A stretch of DNA of 64,000 nucleotides from an uncultured Gemmatimonadota bacterium (GCA_964576115.1 CAZNUA010000005.1:62001-126000); one strand, 5' to 3'; shown: positions 47,107-60,074, counted from the first letter of the stretch. A program made the numbers and translations. The notes: generated from the letters alone by a model not told the origin.

Positions 47107-48198
47107 ATGGATATCGACCGCCTGCTCGAACAGATGGCGAAGTTCTCGGCTTCCGACCTCCACCTGCAGGAAGGATTCAAACCCGGCCTGCGCATCGACG
47201 GAGCCCTGCGCCGCCTCGACGTCGAACCGTTGAGCCGGGAAGGGTTGATGGAGGCCGTCCAGAGAGTACTCGACCCCCGCCAGTTCACCCGCTTCGAAGA
47301 GACCAGCGAGGGGGACGGCGGCTACGAGGTCAAGGGTATCGGCCGCTTTCGGATCAACGCTTACAAGGCGCTGGGCAAGGTCAACATGGCCATCCGGTAC
47401 ATCCCACTCGAGATCCCGAAGCTCGAGACCCTCGGTCTGCCCGCCAAGATCCCCGAAGTGGCGCTCTCACAGCGGGGCCTGGTTCTGGTGACCGGTGTCA
47501 CCGGGAGCGGGAAATCCACTTCCCTGGCCGCCATGCTCCGGCACATCAACGAAAACCGTCGGGCCAAGATCATCACCCTCGAAGATCCGGTCGAGTTCCA
47601 CCACACCGAAAATCTCTGCAGCGTCAGCCAGCGCGAGGTCGGGATCGATACCGTATCGTACGCCGTCGGCCTGAAACAGGTCTTTCGACAGAATCCCGAC
47701 GTGATCCTGCTCGGCGAGATCAGGGATCAGGAGGTCATGGCCGAGGCCCTGGCCGGAGCCGAAACCGGGCATCTGGTCTTTTCGACCCTGCACACCGCCG
47801 ACGCCCGCCATACCATCACCCGGATCCTCTCCTTCTACCCGCCGCACGACCACCAGGCCGTGCGCGAACTCCTTTCCGGCGTGCTGGTGGCCACCATCAG
47901 CATGCGCCTGATGCCGAAGAAGGGCGGAGGGCGTATTCCGGCCGTGGAACTGATGATCAACACCGCCCTGATCGCCGATATCATCGCCGAAGAAGGCCGG
48001 CTGGCCGAGATACCGCAGATCATGCAGGACGGGCGCAGCCAGTACGGGATGCAGACTTTCGACCAGTGCATTCTCGACCACTACCGGGAGGGTCTGATCG
48101 AGTACGAGGTCGCCAAGGCGGCTACCAGCAATCCCTCGGAATTCGACCTGGCTATCCAGGGCATCACCGGCGGCGCCGCCGAGAGCAATTCCGACTGA
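47107..48198 (+). CDS. PilT/PilU-family type IV pilus retraction ATPase
   Basis: [26 protein letters not shown] (Walker A), [48 protein letters not shown]. Confidence 0.95.
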   Translation: MDIDRLLEQMAKFSASDLHLQEGFKPGLRIDGALRRLDVEPLSREGLMEAVQRVLDPRQFTRFEETSEGDGGYEVKGIGRFRINAYKALGKVNMAIRYIPLEIPKLETLGLPAKIPEVALSQRGLVLVTGVTGSGKSTSLAAMLRHINENRRAKIITLEDPVEFHHTENLCSVSQREVGIDTVSYAVGLKQVFRQNPDVILLGEIRDQEVMAEALAGAETGHLVFSTLHTADARHTITRILSFYPPHDHQAVRELLSGVLVATISMRLMPKKGGGRIPAVELMINTALIADIIAEEGRLAEIPQIMQDGRSQYGMQTFDQCILDHYREGLIEYEVAKAATSNPSEFDLAIQGITGGAAESNSD

Positions 48199-48235
48199 AG
48201 GTATCGGGAGAATCGAACGGAGAGGAAGGGTCGCG

Positions 48236-49585
<1,350 letters not shown>

Positions 49586-49667
49586 CACGCTCTTTCGCAG
49601 CCGATCCGCAGCGCGGGTGCGGGAGGGTCTAACCAGGGCCGTCAGGCCGGATCGTGAGGGAACGCAG

Positions 49668-50054
49668 ATGAACATTCCCCAGGAACTCTACTACAGCAAG
49701 GAACACGAGTGGTGCCGGGTCGAGGGAGAAATCGCCACCGTCGGGATCACCGATTTCGCCCAGAGCGAGCTGGGTGACGTGGTCTTTCTCGAACTGCCCG
49801 AGGTCGGCGACGAGACCGGGGCCGGCGACGAATTCGGAACGATCGAAGCCGTCAAGGCCGTCGCCGAACTCTATGCCCCGATATCGGGCAAAGTGACCGA
49901 GATCAACGAAGCAGTGGTGGATACCCCCGAGACCGTCAACGAAGATCCCTACGGCGCCGGTTGGATGGTCAAGATCCAGATGAGCGACACCTCCGAGCTC
50001 GAGGCTCTGCTCGATGCCGCCGGATATGAAACCTTGATTGGAGAGGGCGAGTAA
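49668..50054 (+). CDS. gcvH: Glycine cleavage system H protein
   Basis: [21 protein letters not shown] (lipoyl Lys), NEDPYG.GW. Confidence 0.97.
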   Translation: MNIPQELYYSKEHEWCRVEGEIATVGITDFAQSELGDVVFLELPEVGDETGAGDEFGTIEAVKAVAELYAPISGKVTEINEAVVDTPETVNEDPYGAGWMVKIQMSDTSELEALLDAAGYETLIGEGE

Positions 50055-50058
50055 GAAC

Positions 50059-51435
50059 GTGAAATACACACCATCGGGTCCTGGGGAGTACGCCGAACTC
50101 CTGCAGGCCATCGGCGTCGAGCGCTTCGAGGATCTGCTCGAGGGCGTGCCCGAAAAACTGCGTCTGGAGGGTGCGCTCGATCTCCCGGGAGGAATGTCCG
50201 AGCCCGAAGTACGGGCCGTGGTCGAGAAACTGGCCGCGCGGAACCGGAACCGGTCTCAGAGCGTCTGCTTTGCTGGTGCCGGAGCGTACGATCATTTCGT
50301 TCCGGCGGCCATCGACACGATCGTCTCGCGCTCGGAATTCACCACCGCTTACACTCCCTACCAGAGCGAAGTGTCCCAGGGAACCCTGCAGGTCATCTAC
50401 GAATTCCAGTCGCTGGTGGCCGAATTGATGGGCCTGGAGGTGGCCAACGCCAGCCTCTACGACGGTGCCCACGCCGTCGCCGAGGCGGTACTGCTGGCCC
50501 ATGCCGTCCGGGGGGTCGATCGCGCCCTGGTCTCCGCCGGTCTGCACCCGCACGCCCGGCGCGTGCTCGACACCTACGCCGCCGGACTGGGGCTCGAGAT
50601 CGTGACGGTACCGTTGGGCGCCGATGGACGCACCGATGCCGCCGCTCTGACCGAACTGCTCGCCGAACCGGCTTCAGCCGTCGTGTTCGCCCATCCCACC
50701 TTTTCCGGATGTCTCGAAGATCCCGCCCGCCTGACCGGGATCGTCCATGATACCGGGGCCGGAAAACCGCCCCTGGTCATCGGCTCGGTGTATCCCCTCA
50801 GTCTCGGGCTGCTGGCCCCGCCGGGGGAGTGGGGCGCCGACGTGGCGGTCGCCGAAGGACAGAGCCTGGGTCTGCCGCTTTCCTTCGGCGGTCCCTACCT
50901 GGGGCTCTTCGCCTGCCGCTCGGAGTACCTCCGGCGCCTGCCGGGGCGGCTCATCGGCCGTACGCTCGACCGCGACGGGCGGGAGAGCTTCGTACTCACC
51001 ATGCAGACGCGCGAACAGCACATCCGGCGGGCCAAAGCCACCTCGAACATCTGTACCAACCAGGGTCTCTGCGCCACCTGGGGTACGGTCTACATGAGTC
51101 TGCTCGGGCCCGAAGGCCTGCGGGAGGTGGCCGAACAGTGCCATGCCCGGGCGCACTATCTGGCCGGTTTGCTCACCGCCGTGCCGGGGGTCGAACTGAC
51201 CTGGCCCGACACCCCATTCTTCAACGAGTTCACCCTGAACCTGCCGGTCGATCCGGGCGAGCTCCTGGCCCGACTGGACGGGGTGGGTTTTCTGGGCGGC
51301 GTCGATCCGCACCGCTTCGAACCCACCATCCCCGGAGATCTGATCGTCGCCGTGACCGAGCAGCGCACCCGGGCCGAGATGGACGCTTTCGCCCGGGCTT
51401 TCGAAGAGGCCGTTACCGGAGGATTCAAGCCATGA
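50059..51435 (+). CDS. gcvPA: Glycine dehydrogenase subunit 1
   Basis: [49 protein letters not shown] start. Confidence 0.96.
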   Translation: MKYTPSGPGEYAELLQAIGVERFEDLLEGVPEKLRLEGALDLPGGMSEPEVRAVVEKLAARNRNRSQSVCFAGAGAYDHFVPAAIDTIVSRSEFTTAYTPYQSEVSQGTLQVIYEFQSLVAELMGLEVANASLYDGAHAVAEAVLLAHAVRGVDRALVSAGLHPHARRVLDTYAAGLGLEIVTVPLGADGRTDAAALTELLAEPASAVVFAHPTFSGCLEDPARLTGIVHDTGAGKPPLVIGSVYPLSLGLLAPPGEWGADVAVAEGQSLGLPLSFGGPYLGLFACRSEYLRRLPGRLIGRTLDRDGRESFVLTMQTREQHIRRAKATSNICTNQGLCATWGTVYMSLLGPEGLREVAEQCHARAHYLAGLLTAVPGVELTWPDTPFFNEFTLNLPVDPGELLARLDGVGFLGGVDPHRFEPTIPGDLIVAVTEQRTRAEMDAFARAFEEAVTGGFKP

Positions 51436-52970
51436 GCGACACCCCGCAGCCTCTGACAGCCGCCGAGCGGGCGGCCCGCAACGCCCGCAGCCCCTGGCTC
51501 ACCGCCCCCGAACCGCTTGCGATCGAACTGAGCCGCGCCGGGCGGCGCGGACTGCCTCTGCCCGCTCTCGACGTGCCCGAGGCGGACCCGGTTTCCGAAG
51601 GGCTGGCCCGCAGCAGGGCCCCGCACTGGCCCGAGATGAGCGAGAGCGAGGTTGTGCGGCACTTCACCCGGCTCTCGACCCGTAACCACCACGTGGACAA
51701 GAACCTCTACCCCCTGGGATCGTGCACCATGAAGTACAATCCCAAGGTCAACGAGGTCATGGCCCGGCTCCCGGGTCTGGTGGACCTGCACCCCCTGCAG
51801 CACGATACGGGAGTCCAGGGCGCACTGGCCCTGATGTGGGAGCTCGAACGGCTTCTGGCGGCGATATCGGGTTTCGCAGCGGTGAGCCTGCAGCCCGCAG
51901 CGGGTGCCCAGGGCGAGTTGACCGGTCTGATGACGATCCGGGCCTGCCACGAGGCCGCCGGCGAAGGGGAGAGCCGCAAGCGGGTTCTGCTGCCCGATTC
52001 GGCCCACGGCACCAATCCCGCCAGCGTCACCCTCAACGGCTGGGTGACCGAAGAGATCGCCAGCGGATCCGACGGTCTGATCGATCTCGAGGCCCTGCGC
52101 GACGGTCTGGGATCCGACGTGGCCTGCCTGATGATCACCAATCCGAACACGCTCGGCCTCTTCGAATCCTCGATCGAGACCGTCTGCGAACTGGTCCACG
52201 AGGCGGGGGGATTGGTGTACATGGACGGTGCCAACCTCAACGCCCTGATGGGGATCGTACAGCCGGGACGGATCGGGGTGGACGTGATGCACTTCAACCT
52301 GCACAAAACTTTCTCCACCCCCCACGGTGGGGGCGGGCCGGGAGCGGGGCCGATCGGCGTGACCGAAAGGCTCGAGCCCTTCCTGCCGGTGCCCCGTATC
52401 GAGCGGGAAGCCTCGACCGAAGCGCCCGACGGCTGGGCCTACCGCACGGTGTGGGACCGTCCGCAGAGCATCGGGAAAGTACAGGGCTTTTTCGGCAACT
52501 TCGGCGTCCTGGTCCGGGCCTACACCTATATCCGGGCGCTGGGCCCCGAGGGTCTGGCCGATGCCACCCGGGGGGCGGTCATCAATGCCAACTACCTGCT
52601 CTCCCGGGTCGGGGACGCCTACCATCTGCCCCATCCCGGACCGTGTATGCACGAGTTCGTGCTTTCGGGCTGCGATCAGAAGAGCGCCTGCGGGGTGAAC
52701 ACCACCGATATCGCCAAGCGACTGCTCGATTTCGGCTTTCACGCCCCGACCGTCTACTTCCCGCTCATCGTGCCCGAAGCGCTCATGATCGAACCCACCG
52801 AGACTGAAACCCGGGAAACCCTCGACGAGTTCGCCGAAGCTCTGCTGCAGATCGCCCGCGAAGCGAAGGAGGATCCCGATCTGGTCCACGAGGCGCCGCA
52901 TACGACTCCCGTCAGACGTCCTGACGAAGCCAGGGCGGCCAAGCACCCCGACCTGAGGTGGCGCGCCTGA
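51432..52970 (+). CDS. gcvPB: Glycine dehydrogenase subunit 2
   Basis: [44 protein letters not shown] (PLP Lys), IEPTETE. Confidence 0.97.
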   Translation: MSDTPQPLTAAERAARNARSPWLTAPEPLAIELSRAGRRGLPLPALDVPEADPVSEGLARSRAPHWPEMSESEVVRHFTRLSTRNHHVDKNLYPLGSCTMKYNPKVNEVMARLPGLVDLHPLQHDTGVQGALALMWELERLLAAISGFAAVSLQPAAGAQGELTGLMTIRACHEAAGEGESRKRVLLPDSAHGTNPASVTLNGWVTEEIASGSDGLIDLEALRDGLGSDVACLMITNPNTLGLFESSIETVCELVHEAGGLVYMDGANLNALMGIVQPGRIGVDVMHFNLHKTFSTPHGGGGPGAGPIGVTERLEPFLPVPRIEREASTEAPDGWAYRTVWDRPQSIGKVQGFFGNFGVLVRAYTYIRALGPEGLADATRGAVINANYLLSRVGDAYHLPHPGPCMHEFVLSGCDQKSACGVNTTDIAKRLLDFGFHAPTVYFPLIVPEALMIEPTETETRETLDEFAEALLQIAREAKEDPDLVHEAPHTTPVRRPDEARAAKHPDLRWRA

Positions 52971-54748
52971 CGATCCGGAGCGGTCTGTTCGTCCTCGCCC
53001 TGGCCGCCGGGGCGGGAATCGGGGGGTGTGCCAAGGAAGGGATGCCTCCCGGCGGCCCCGAAGATATCGAAGCCCCCGGTCTCGAAGCCGTTTCTCCGGT
53101 TCCGGGGGCCACCGGTGTCAGCCGCTTCGAACCGATCGTCTTCCATTTTTCCGAGGCCATGAACCACGCCAGTGTGGAGAAGGCGCTCTTCTTCACCCCC
53201 GACATCGGCTCCACCCTGCGGGTGAACTGGCGCGGTCGCGAGCTGCGGCTCGAACCGCAGGTGCGCTACCGCGAGAACACCACCATCGTGGTCACTCTCG
53301 GAGCCGATGCGGCCGATACCCATCGCAATCGTCTGGGGGAGAGTCTCACTTTCGCCTTCTCGACCGGATCCGAACTCGATGCCGGGGTGGTGAGCGGACA
53401 GGTCGTCGAGGCCGGCCGGCCGGCCTCCGGATCCTGGCTCTGGATCTACGAGCTCGCAGCCGGCCCGCCCGATCCCTCGCCCCTGCTCGGGCTGGACCGG
53501 GCCTACCCTCTCTACATCACCCAGACCGACGATGCCGGGTACTTCGAACAGCGGTACATGGGCGCCGGATCGTACCGGATTTTCGCTTTCATCGATCGGA
53601 ACTCGAACCTGCGTTTCGACCTCGACACCGATCCCCTGGCGGTACCCCCGACCGACATTCATCTCTCAGGCACCTCAGCCGACAGCGCCGCCAATATGTT
53701 CACCGGTCTGGTTTTGAATCTGGCCCCGCGCGATACCGTCGGGCCCCGGCTCCGGTCCGCCGTCGCCCTTGATTCGGTCCGTATCACGCTGACTTTCTCC
53801 GAACCGCCCGCCCCGGAAACGGTACCGCGGGTCGCCATCGCCGGCTGGGATGAGGCGGCCGAAGCTGCCAGCAGCGACCTGCCCGCCCCGGTGATCGTCG
53901 CCGCCCACCGTCCGGTCGAAGCGGCCGGTTCGCTGCTGCTCCGGGTCGCCGGGGCCGAGCCGGGGACGCGCTATCTGGTCCGTCTTCTCGAAGCGGTCGA
54001 TGCGGCCGGCAACCCGGCCCGGGAGGCGGTGCGTCCCGTGCTCTGTACCGTGCCTGCCCGCAGTGACACCACCGCTCCCCGGCTCGCGGCGGTCACGCCG
54101 CCCGATTCCAGCCGGGGCTTGAATCGCGACACCCGCCTCAGACTCACCTTTGCCACCGAAGTGGATCCCCCCGCCGATCAGACCTGGCGTCTCATCGGTC
54201 CCGACACCCTCGACCTGACCGCCAGTTGGCTCGATCCCCGCACGATCGAGTTCGAGCTGTCCGGAGATCCCCGCGAGGGCGACTGGTACCGTCTGCCGGT
54301 TCCCCTGGCCCGGTTCACCTCGTGGACGGGCATCAACGGCCCCTCCGGTCTGCCCGGACCCGCCTGGCAGGCTGCGGCTCTTCCCGGCCGCGGCACCCTC
54401 AGACTCAGCATTGCCGGTGACCGGGAACCGCCGGCCGGCGGGTACGTCATTTATTTCGAGGGGGCGGGCAGCCGGGCGGCCGAACGGGTCACGGTCCACC
54501 GGGCTCAAGCCGGTGAGTTTGCGACTCCCGAACTGCCGGTCGGGCCGTACTGCGTCTGGGGTTTTGCCGACGCCGATGCCGACGGCCGGCTCGACACGGG
54601 TGCGGCCCTGCCCTTCGAACCGGCCGAGATCGTGGCGGTCCTGCCCGATACCCTGTATGTGCGTGATTCTTTCGAAAGCAGCTATGCTCTGCCGCTCGTG
54701 CTGCGGGCGATCCGCCCGCCCCCGGAAGAAGGAGAAGAAGGACGATGA
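52958..54748 (+). CDS. Ig-like (Big_5) domain lipoprotein
   Basis: GGCA..PPGGPED..P and repeated DT..P..F(S/A)E modules; D.N.N/DADADG Ca-loop-like motifs. Confidence 0.75.
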   Translation: MARLTIRSGLFVLALAAGAGIGGCAKEGMPPGGPEDIEAPGLEAVSPVPGATGVSRFEPIVFHFSEAMNHASVEKALFFTPDIGSTLRVNWRGRELRLEPQVRYRENTTIVVTLGADAADTHRNRLGESLTFAFSTGSELDAGVVSGQVVEAGRPASGSWLWIYELAAGPPDPSPLLGLDRAYPLYITQTDDAGYFEQRYMGAGSYRIFAFIDRNSNLRFDLDTDPLAVPPTDIHLSGTSADSAANMFTGLVLNLAPRDTVGPRLRSAVALDSVRITLTFSEPPAPETVPRVAIAGWDEAAEAASSDLPAPVIVAAHRPVEAAGSLLLRVAGAEPGTRYLVRLLEAVDAAGNPAREAVRPVLCTVPARSDTTAPRLAAVTPPDSSRGLNRDTRLRLTFATEVDPPADQTWRLIGPDTLDLTASWLDPRTIEFELSGDPREGDWYRLPVPLARFTSWTGINGPSGLPGPAWQAAALPGRGTLRLSIAGDREPPAGGYVIYFEGAGSRAAERVTVHRAQAGEFATPELPVGPYCVWGFADADADGRLDTGAALPFEPAEIVAVLPDTLYVRDSFESSYALPLVLRAIRPPPEEGEEGR

Positions 54749-55620
54749 ACACGGCCTTTCTGAAGATGACCGGGGCCGGGAATGATTTTCTGGTCATCGA
54801 CGACCGGGCGGACGCGCTCGCGGGGTGCGGACCCGAGCGCTGGCGCGAGCTCTGTGAGCGGCGCACCGGGGTGGGGGCCGACGGGGTTCTGTTGCTGGGA
54901 GCCGGCACCAGCGGCGATGCGCGTATGACCTATCTCAACGCCGACGGCCGGCCGGCACGCATGTGCGGGAACGGCGCCCGCTGCCTGGCCTGGGCCGCGG
55001 CGGTGGAATTCGGTCTGGGGCGAGAACTGTCCCTCGAAAGTCCGAGACCCCCGGAGTGGGAACTACCGCCGGGGTTCGGGGCGAAACAGATCTGGAACCT
55101 CAGTCTGGAAGCCGCCGACGGTCTGCATCACACACTGGGCTGGGGCCGGACGGTCATGGTGTCGATCGGCGATCCCGCCTCGGTGCTCGACACCCCTCTC
55201 GAGCCCGCGCCCGACGGCCTGGCCGGAGTTCTGATCGATACCGGTGTGCCCCACTACGTCGTGACCGTACCCGATCCCGCCGGGCTCGATCTCGAACGGC
55301 TCGGACCGGCGATCCGCCATCACCCCGATCTGGCGCCGGCGGGTGCCAACGCGACCTTCGTCTCAACCGGTCCCGACGCCGGGGGGGAATACCTCTTCCG
55401 GACCTGGGAGCGGGGGGTGGAGGCCGAGACTCTTTCCTGCGGCACCGGTGCCGCGGCCGCAGCCGCGGTTCTGGCCCGCAGCGGGATCAGCTCGCCGGTC
55501 GCCCTGCGCTCGGCCGGCGGGGTGCTGCAGGTGCATTTCGATGCCTCGCAGTCCGTACCGCGCGGACTCTGGCTCGAAGGCCCCATCCGGCTCGTTTATC
55601 GCGGCACCCTGGCCGACTGA
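54745..55620 (+). CDS. dapF: Diaminopimelate epimerase
   Basis: KMTGAGNDF, GVGADG, NADG..MCGNGARC, TGVPH, RTWERGVE.ETLSCGTG; both catalytic Cys present. Confidence 0.9.
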   Translation: MNTAFLKMTGAGNDFLVIDDRADALAGCGPERWRELCERRTGVGADGVLLLGAGTSGDARMTYLNADGRPARMCGNGARCLAWAAAVEFGLGRELSLESPRPPEWELPPGFGAKQIWNLSLEAADGLHHTLGWGRTVMVSIGDPASVLDTPLEPAPDGLAGVLIDTGVPHYVVTVPDPAGLDLERLGPAIRHHPDLAPAGANATFVSTGPDAGGEYLFRTWERGVEAETLSCGTGAAAAAAVLARSGISSPVALRSAGGVLQVHFDASQSVPRGLWLEGPIRLVYRGTLAD

Positions 55621-55623
55621 GAT

Positions 55624-56520
55624 TCAGGGCAGAAAATCGTCGCGCAGGCGGGCCCAGAGATCGGCCAGGGCCCGGGCGGCGGGGGAGTCGGGACGGGTCG
55701 TGACCGGGCGGCGGGCGACCACGCTCTCGAGAACCTCTTCATCCCAGGGAATGACACCCGCGATCGAGATCCCCGCTCCGTGGGCGAAACGCTCGACCTC
55801 GGCGACACCGTCGGGGAGCAGATCGGCTTTATTGAGGCAGATGGTGACCGGCAGGCCGAAGTGCTGCACGGTCTGGACAATCCGTTCCAGGTCGTGCGCC
55901 CCGGCCAGGCCCGGTTCGGTGACGATCAGGGCGGCATCGGCCCCGGTGATTGCGCTGACGACGGGGCAGCCGATCCCCGGCGGACCGTCGGTCACGATCA
56001 GTTCGCTTCCCGCCTGCCCGGCCGCTTCGCGGGCCATCTGGCGCACGGCCATGACCAGTTTGCCGGAGTTCTCGCCGCCGGGCAGAAGAGCGGCATGGTA
56101 CAGAGGTCCCCAGGCGGTCCGGGATTGTCGCAGATAGCCGGTCAGTTCGGGCTGCATCGCGATCGCCCCTTCGGGGCAGGCATAGACACAGGCGGCGCAC
56201 CCTTCGCAGGCCAGCTCGTCGATCAGGGGCGCGGCGCCGGCGCCGCGGTCGATCACGGCGTCAAAACGGCAGGCTTGCAGGCAGTTGCGGTGACCGCTGC
56301 ACAGGTCGGGATCGAGGTGGGCCACCTTGCCGCTGATGAACTCGGTCTCCGCTTCGGTCTCCGGATCGAGAAGCAGGGCCAGGTTGGCGGCGTCCACGTC
56401 GGCATCCACGGCCGTCAGCTGCAGAGGAGGGGATCCGGCGGCGGCCAGATGGACCAGTCCGGCCGTGACCGAGGTCTTTCCCGTACCGCCCTTCCCGCTC
56501 AGAACGACCAGTTCGGTCAT
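55624..56520 (-). CDS. MinD-superfamily P-loop ATPase with inserted 4Fe-4S ferredoxin domain (COG1149-type)
   Basis: SGKGGTGKT, DADVDAANL, CSGHRNCLQAC, CEGCAACVYACP, SGKLV, DGPPGIGCP, VTEP. Confidence 0.88.
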   Translation of the reverse strand: MTELVVLSGKGGTGKTSVTAGLVHLAAAGSPPLQLTAVDADVDAANLALLLDPETEAETEFISGKVAHLDPDLCSGHRNCLQACRFDAVIDRGAGAAPLIDELACEGCAACVYACPEGAIAMQPELTGYLRQSRTAWGPLYHAALLPGGENSGKLVMAVRQMAREAAGQAGSELIVTDGPPGIGCPVVSAITGADAALIVTEPGLAGAHDLERIVQTVQHFGLPVTICLNKADLLPDGVAEVERFAHGAGISIAGVIPWDEEVLESVVARRPVTTRPDSPAARALADLWARLRDDFLP

Positions 56521-57431
56521 GACCCGCCCTCCCGGCCGAGAGCGGCGAAGCGCTCGGGCAGCGCGGCCAGTTCGTCGGCCAGCCCCGGCTCGATCTCGAT
56601 CAGCGGCCGGCCCCGGGCGGTCCCTTCCGCTATAGCCCGGCTGAAAGGTATCCGCAGCACGATCGGCAGGCCGGCCCGATCGCAGAAGGCGTCCAGGTCG
56701 TCGAAACCGGTTCCGTCGCGGTTCACGACCACGGCCGCCGGAAGATGGAGGAAACGGACGACCTCGGTAATCAGTTCGAGATCGTGCAGTCCGAAGGGGG
56801 TCGGTTCGGTGACCAGCAGAACGGCCTCGGCCCCGCGCATCGATTCCACCACGGGGCAGGTCGTGCCGGGGGGGCAGTCAATGACGATGTGGTCGGGTCG
56901 GGGGGGATCGGGAAGGGTATCCTCACCGCTGCCCGGGCTCCACGCATCCCACTGTTTGAGACCCCTGATGACCGGTACGGCCAGAGCCTCCCCGGTATGC
57001 AGAACCCCGCGGGCCAGACGCGGACCGAAGGGAGTGGGGCCGGCCTCGATGATTCCCAGGATCCGGGGTACTTCCGAAATGGCCGCCACCGGGCAGATGG
57101 TTGAACAGAGGCCGCAGCCGTGGCAGAGATCGGAGAAGAGGAGCACCTGGTCGTCGAGGACGGAGATGGCATTGAACTCGCAGACCTCGGCGCACCGTCC
57201 GCAGAGGGTGCAGAGTTCCTCGTCGACGGCGGGCACGGGCGGTCCGACCTCGATCCGGACGTCGAAGCGGGGCTCGAGGTACAGATGGGCATTGGGGGTT
57301 TCGACGTCACAGTCGCGCAGCAGGATCCGCTCTCCGGGGTCGGCAACCTCCCGGGCCAGGGCGATGGCCAGACTCGTCGCCAGGGTTGTCTTGCCGGTTC
57401 CGCCTTTGCCGCTGGCAACAGCGATGCGCAT
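56517..57431 (-). CDS. MinD-superfamily P-loop ATPase with inserted 4Fe-4S ferredoxin domain (COG1149-type)
   Basis: SGKGGTGKT, DCDVETPN, CTLCGRCAEVC, CHGCGLCSTICP, DCPPGTTCP, VTEPTPFGLHDL. Confidence 0.88.
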   Translation of the reverse strand: MRIAVASGKGGTGKTTLATSLAIALAREVADPGERILLRDCDVETPNAHLYLEPRFDVRIEVGPPVPAVDEELCTLCGRCAEVCEFNAISVLDDQVLLFSDLCHGCGLCSTICPVAAISEVPRILGIIEAGPTPFGPRLARGVLHTGEALAVPVIRGLKQWDAWSPGSGEDTLPDPPRPDHIVIDCPPGTTCPVVESMRGAEAVLLVTEPTPFGLHDLELITEVVRFLHLPAAVVVNRDGTGFDDLDAFCDRAGLPIVLRIPFSRAIAEGTARGRPLIEIEPGLADELAALPERFAALGREGGS

Positions 57432-57443
57432 TGAAATCGCTTC

Positions 57444-57902
57444 CTAGCCGGAGAGTGAGGCGAGATCTTCGTCGATCGAACGCAGACGGGCTGAGAGCAC
57501 CCGGGCGATATTGAAGGCCACCAGGGTCATCGCCTCGGGATGGGCGTCGAAGAGTCGGACCAGAGCCTGCTTGGAGAAGAGTACCGTCCGGGTCTGCGTG
57601 TGGGCCCGGGCGGTCGCCGAACGGGGCTTGATATCCACCACCGCCATCTCGCCGAAAAAATCGCCCTGATCGGTCAGCATGGCCAGCGGCCGGGGATACC
57701 CTTCCGGGGTCATCTTTTCGATCTGTACCTGCCCCGCCAGAAGCACGGCGAAACTGTCGCCCGGCTCGCCCTCGTGCACGATCACCTCGCCGGGGGCGAA
57801 CTCCTGTACCTGTGCCAGCTCGATCAGGATCCGGAGATGGTTCTCACTGAAACCGCTGAACAGAGGTGAGGCTTTCAGTAAGGCAATATCGCGGTCATCC
57901 AT
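57444..57902 (-). CDS. Stand-alone cyclic nucleotide-binding domain protein
   Basis: SPLF, EGEPGD and phosphate-binding cassette FFGEMA..PRSATARA; no HTH. Confidence 0.88.
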   Translation of the reverse strand: MDDRDIALLKASPLFSGFSENHLRILIELAQVQEFAPGEVIVHEGEPGDSFAVLLAGQVQIEKMTPEGYPRPLAMLTDQGDFFGEMAVVDIKPRSATARAHTQTRTVLFSKQALVRLFDAHPEAMTLVAFNIARVLSARLRSIDEDLASLSG

Positions 57903-58104
57903 GCCATGTTCTCCTCACCGGAGCCCTGAGTCTTGACGGGTTTGTCAGCCGATCCATCTTTCTGCATACAATGGTATCGGCGGGAAGATGGGAAGGGAAA
58001 ATCCGCGTTATGCGTTCGGTCAACGGCAATGGGGGAGAATGCAGTTGCACCGGCAGGGGGCGGCGGTAGATTGGCTCCTCAACGACCTGGAGAAGGAGTG
58101 AACC

Positions 58105-59265
58105 ATGGGTATGTACCTCGGGATCGGGCGCAAGGCGCGGCGCTGCTACGGCTTCGACGAAGTGGCGCTGGTCCCCGGCGAGATCACAATCAATCCGGCC
58201 GAATGCGACACTAGCTGGGAACTGGGCGGTCACCGCCTGGCCTTTCCGATCATGGCCAGCGCCATGGACGGCGTGGTGGACGTGCGTTTCGCCATCACCA
58301 TGGGCAAACTCGGCGGGCTGGCGGTGCTGAACCTCGAAGGGGTTCAGACGCGCTACGAGGATCCGACCGAAGTGCTCGAGGAAATCGCCCAGGCCACTCC
58401 GGAGCAGGCCACCCACCTGGTGCAGGGTCTCTACACTTCCCCGATCCAGACGCCTCTGATTAAAAAGCGGATCGAGGAGATCAAGGCCGCCGGGGTTCCG
58501 GCCGCTGTCTCGGCCATCCCGCAGCGCGCTGAAGAATTCGGACAGCTGGCAGCCGAAGCCGGGGTGGATTACTTCGTGGTGCAATCCACTGTCTCGACCG
58601 CCCGGCATATCTCGAGCGAGTATGCCACCCTGAACTTCGAGAGCTTCTGCAATACCATGCCCTGTCCGGTGATCGTGGGCAACACGGTCGGGTACTCGGT
58701 CAGCCTGGAGCTGATGCAGACCGGCATAGACGCTCTGCTGGTGGGGATCGGTCCCGGTGCCGCCTGTACCACCCGGGGGGTACTCGGGATCGGTATACCG
58801 CAGATCACGGCGACGATCGACTGTGGTGCGGCCCGCGATTTTCACTTCAAATCGACCGGAAAGTACGTCCCGATCATCACCGACGGCGGGATGCGGGCCG
58901 GGGGCGAGATCTGTAAGGCCCTGGCGGCGGGAGCCGATGCCGTCATGGTCGGTTCGGCCTTCGCCCAGGCGTCCGAGGCCCCGGGACGCGGGTACCACTG
59001 GGGTATGGCGACCCCTCACGCCAACCTGCCCCGGGGAACCCGTATCAGGGTCGGAACCACAGGAACACTGGAAGAGATTCTCTTCGGTCCGGCCCGGCTC
59101 GATGACGGCAGTCAGAATCTGGTGGGGGCGATCGCTACCAGCATGGGCAATGTCGGAGCCCGGGATATTCGAGAGTTCCAGCTCACCGAACTGATCATCG
59201 CCCCTTCGATCATCACCGAGGGGAAAGTCTTCCAGCAGGCCCAGCAGGTGGGCATGGGGAAGTAG
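58105..59265 (+). CDS. guaB3: GuaB3-family IMP dehydrogenase-related protein (CBS-less)
   Basis: YGFDEVALVPG, SAMD, LNLEG, GIGPGAACTTR catalytic loop, DGG, WGMATP..LPRGTR; AAGGAG RBS. Confidence 0.9.
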   Translation: MGMYLGIGRKARRCYGFDEVALVPGEITINPAECDTSWELGGHRLAFPIMASAMDGVVDVRFAITMGKLGGLAVLNLEGVQTRYEDPTEVLEEIAQATPEQATHLVQGLYTSPIQTPLIKKRIEEIKAAGVPAAVSAIPQRAEEFGQLAAEAGVDYFVVQSTVSTARHISSEYATLNFESFCNTMPCPVIVGNTVGYSVSLELMQTGIDALLVGIGPGAACTTRGVLGIGIPQITATIDCGAARDFHFKSTGKYVPIITDGGMRAGGEICKALAAGADAVMVGSAFAQASEAPGRGYHWGMATPHANLPRGTRIRVGTTGTLEEILFGPARLDDGSQNLVGAIATSMGNVGARDIREFQLTELIIAPSIITEGKVFQQAQQVGMGK

Positions 59266-59273
59266 GGTCCGGG

Positions 59274-60071
59274 GTGGCCGCGAGGTCCGGTCTCTCGGTG
59301 GTCGTGCTGGGCAGTGGAGCGGCCTTTCCTCCTCCCGACCGGGAAAACACCAGTCTGGCGGTGGAGTGGACCGGGGGGATCTGGTTGCTCGATTGTTCGG
59401 GCTCTCCCTGGCGCCGTCTTCGTCTGGCCGGACTCGATCCCGCCGATCTGCGGGGAATTCTCATTACCCACGCCCACCCCGATCATCTCTATGGTCTGCC
59501 CAGCCTCCTGCATTGTCTCATTCCCGCCGCCCGGACCGAACCGCTGCCGATTCTTGCCGCTCCCGACACCCTGCTCTGTATCCGTCGGATCCTCGACGCA
59601 TTCGAACTGCTCGACCGTCCCGACCTGCCGCTCGATCTGACCGAACTCGCGCCCGCAGCACACCTGCCTCCCGCCGGACCGCAGTACGCCGGGGCGGGCT
59701 TCGAACTCTGGACGGCACCGGTCGAGCACACCCGGGAGACGATCGGTGTGCGGATCGCAGCGGGGGGACGGGTTCTGGCGTACAGCTCCGACACCGCTCC
59801 CTGTTCGGCGGTCGTGGCTCTGGGACGCAATGCCGATCTGCTCGTCCACGAAGCCACCTTTTCCGCCGCCGATCCCGGCGGTCCGGCCCCGGGACACAGC
59901 ACGGCGGCCGGGGCCGGCCGGATCGCCGCCGAGGCCGGAGCCAGGCGGCTGCTGCTTGTCCATCTGCTCGAATCCGCGAGCGCCGATCCCGGGGCGCTGC
60001 GCTCGGAGGCGGAAGGTGAGTTTTCCGGCGACGTTCTTGTCGGTGAGGATCTGCGGCGGTATGCGGTCTGA
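59274..60071 (+). CDS. MBL-fold hydrolase, RNase Z/ElaC-like
   Basis: LGSG, LLDC, THAHPDH, VEH, YSSDTAP, LVHEATF, GHST, LVH. Confidence 0.8.
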   Translation: MAARSGLSVVVLGSGAAFPPPDRENTSLAVEWTGGIWLLDCSGSPWRRLRLAGLDPADLRGILITHAHPDHLYGLPSLLHCLIPAARTEPLPILAAPDTLLCIRRILDAFELLDRPDLPLDLTELAPAAHLPPAGPQYAGAGFELWTAPVEHTRETIGVRIAAGGRVLAYSSDTAPCSAVVALGRNADLLVHEATFSAADPGGPAPGHSTAAGAGRIAAEAGARRLLLVHLLESASADPGALRSEAEGEFSGDVLVGEDLRRYAV

Positions 60072-60074
60072 GAC

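Noticed and set aside
49586..49667. Possible glycine riboswitch before gcvH
   Set aside because: The spacer is short and lacks the GGAGA/CCGAAG/CTCAGG motifs
57903..58104. Possible purine riboswitch or sigma70 promoter before guaB3
   Set aside because: No purine aptamer core; TTGTCA..TACAAT is spaced by 19 nt, too weak to call
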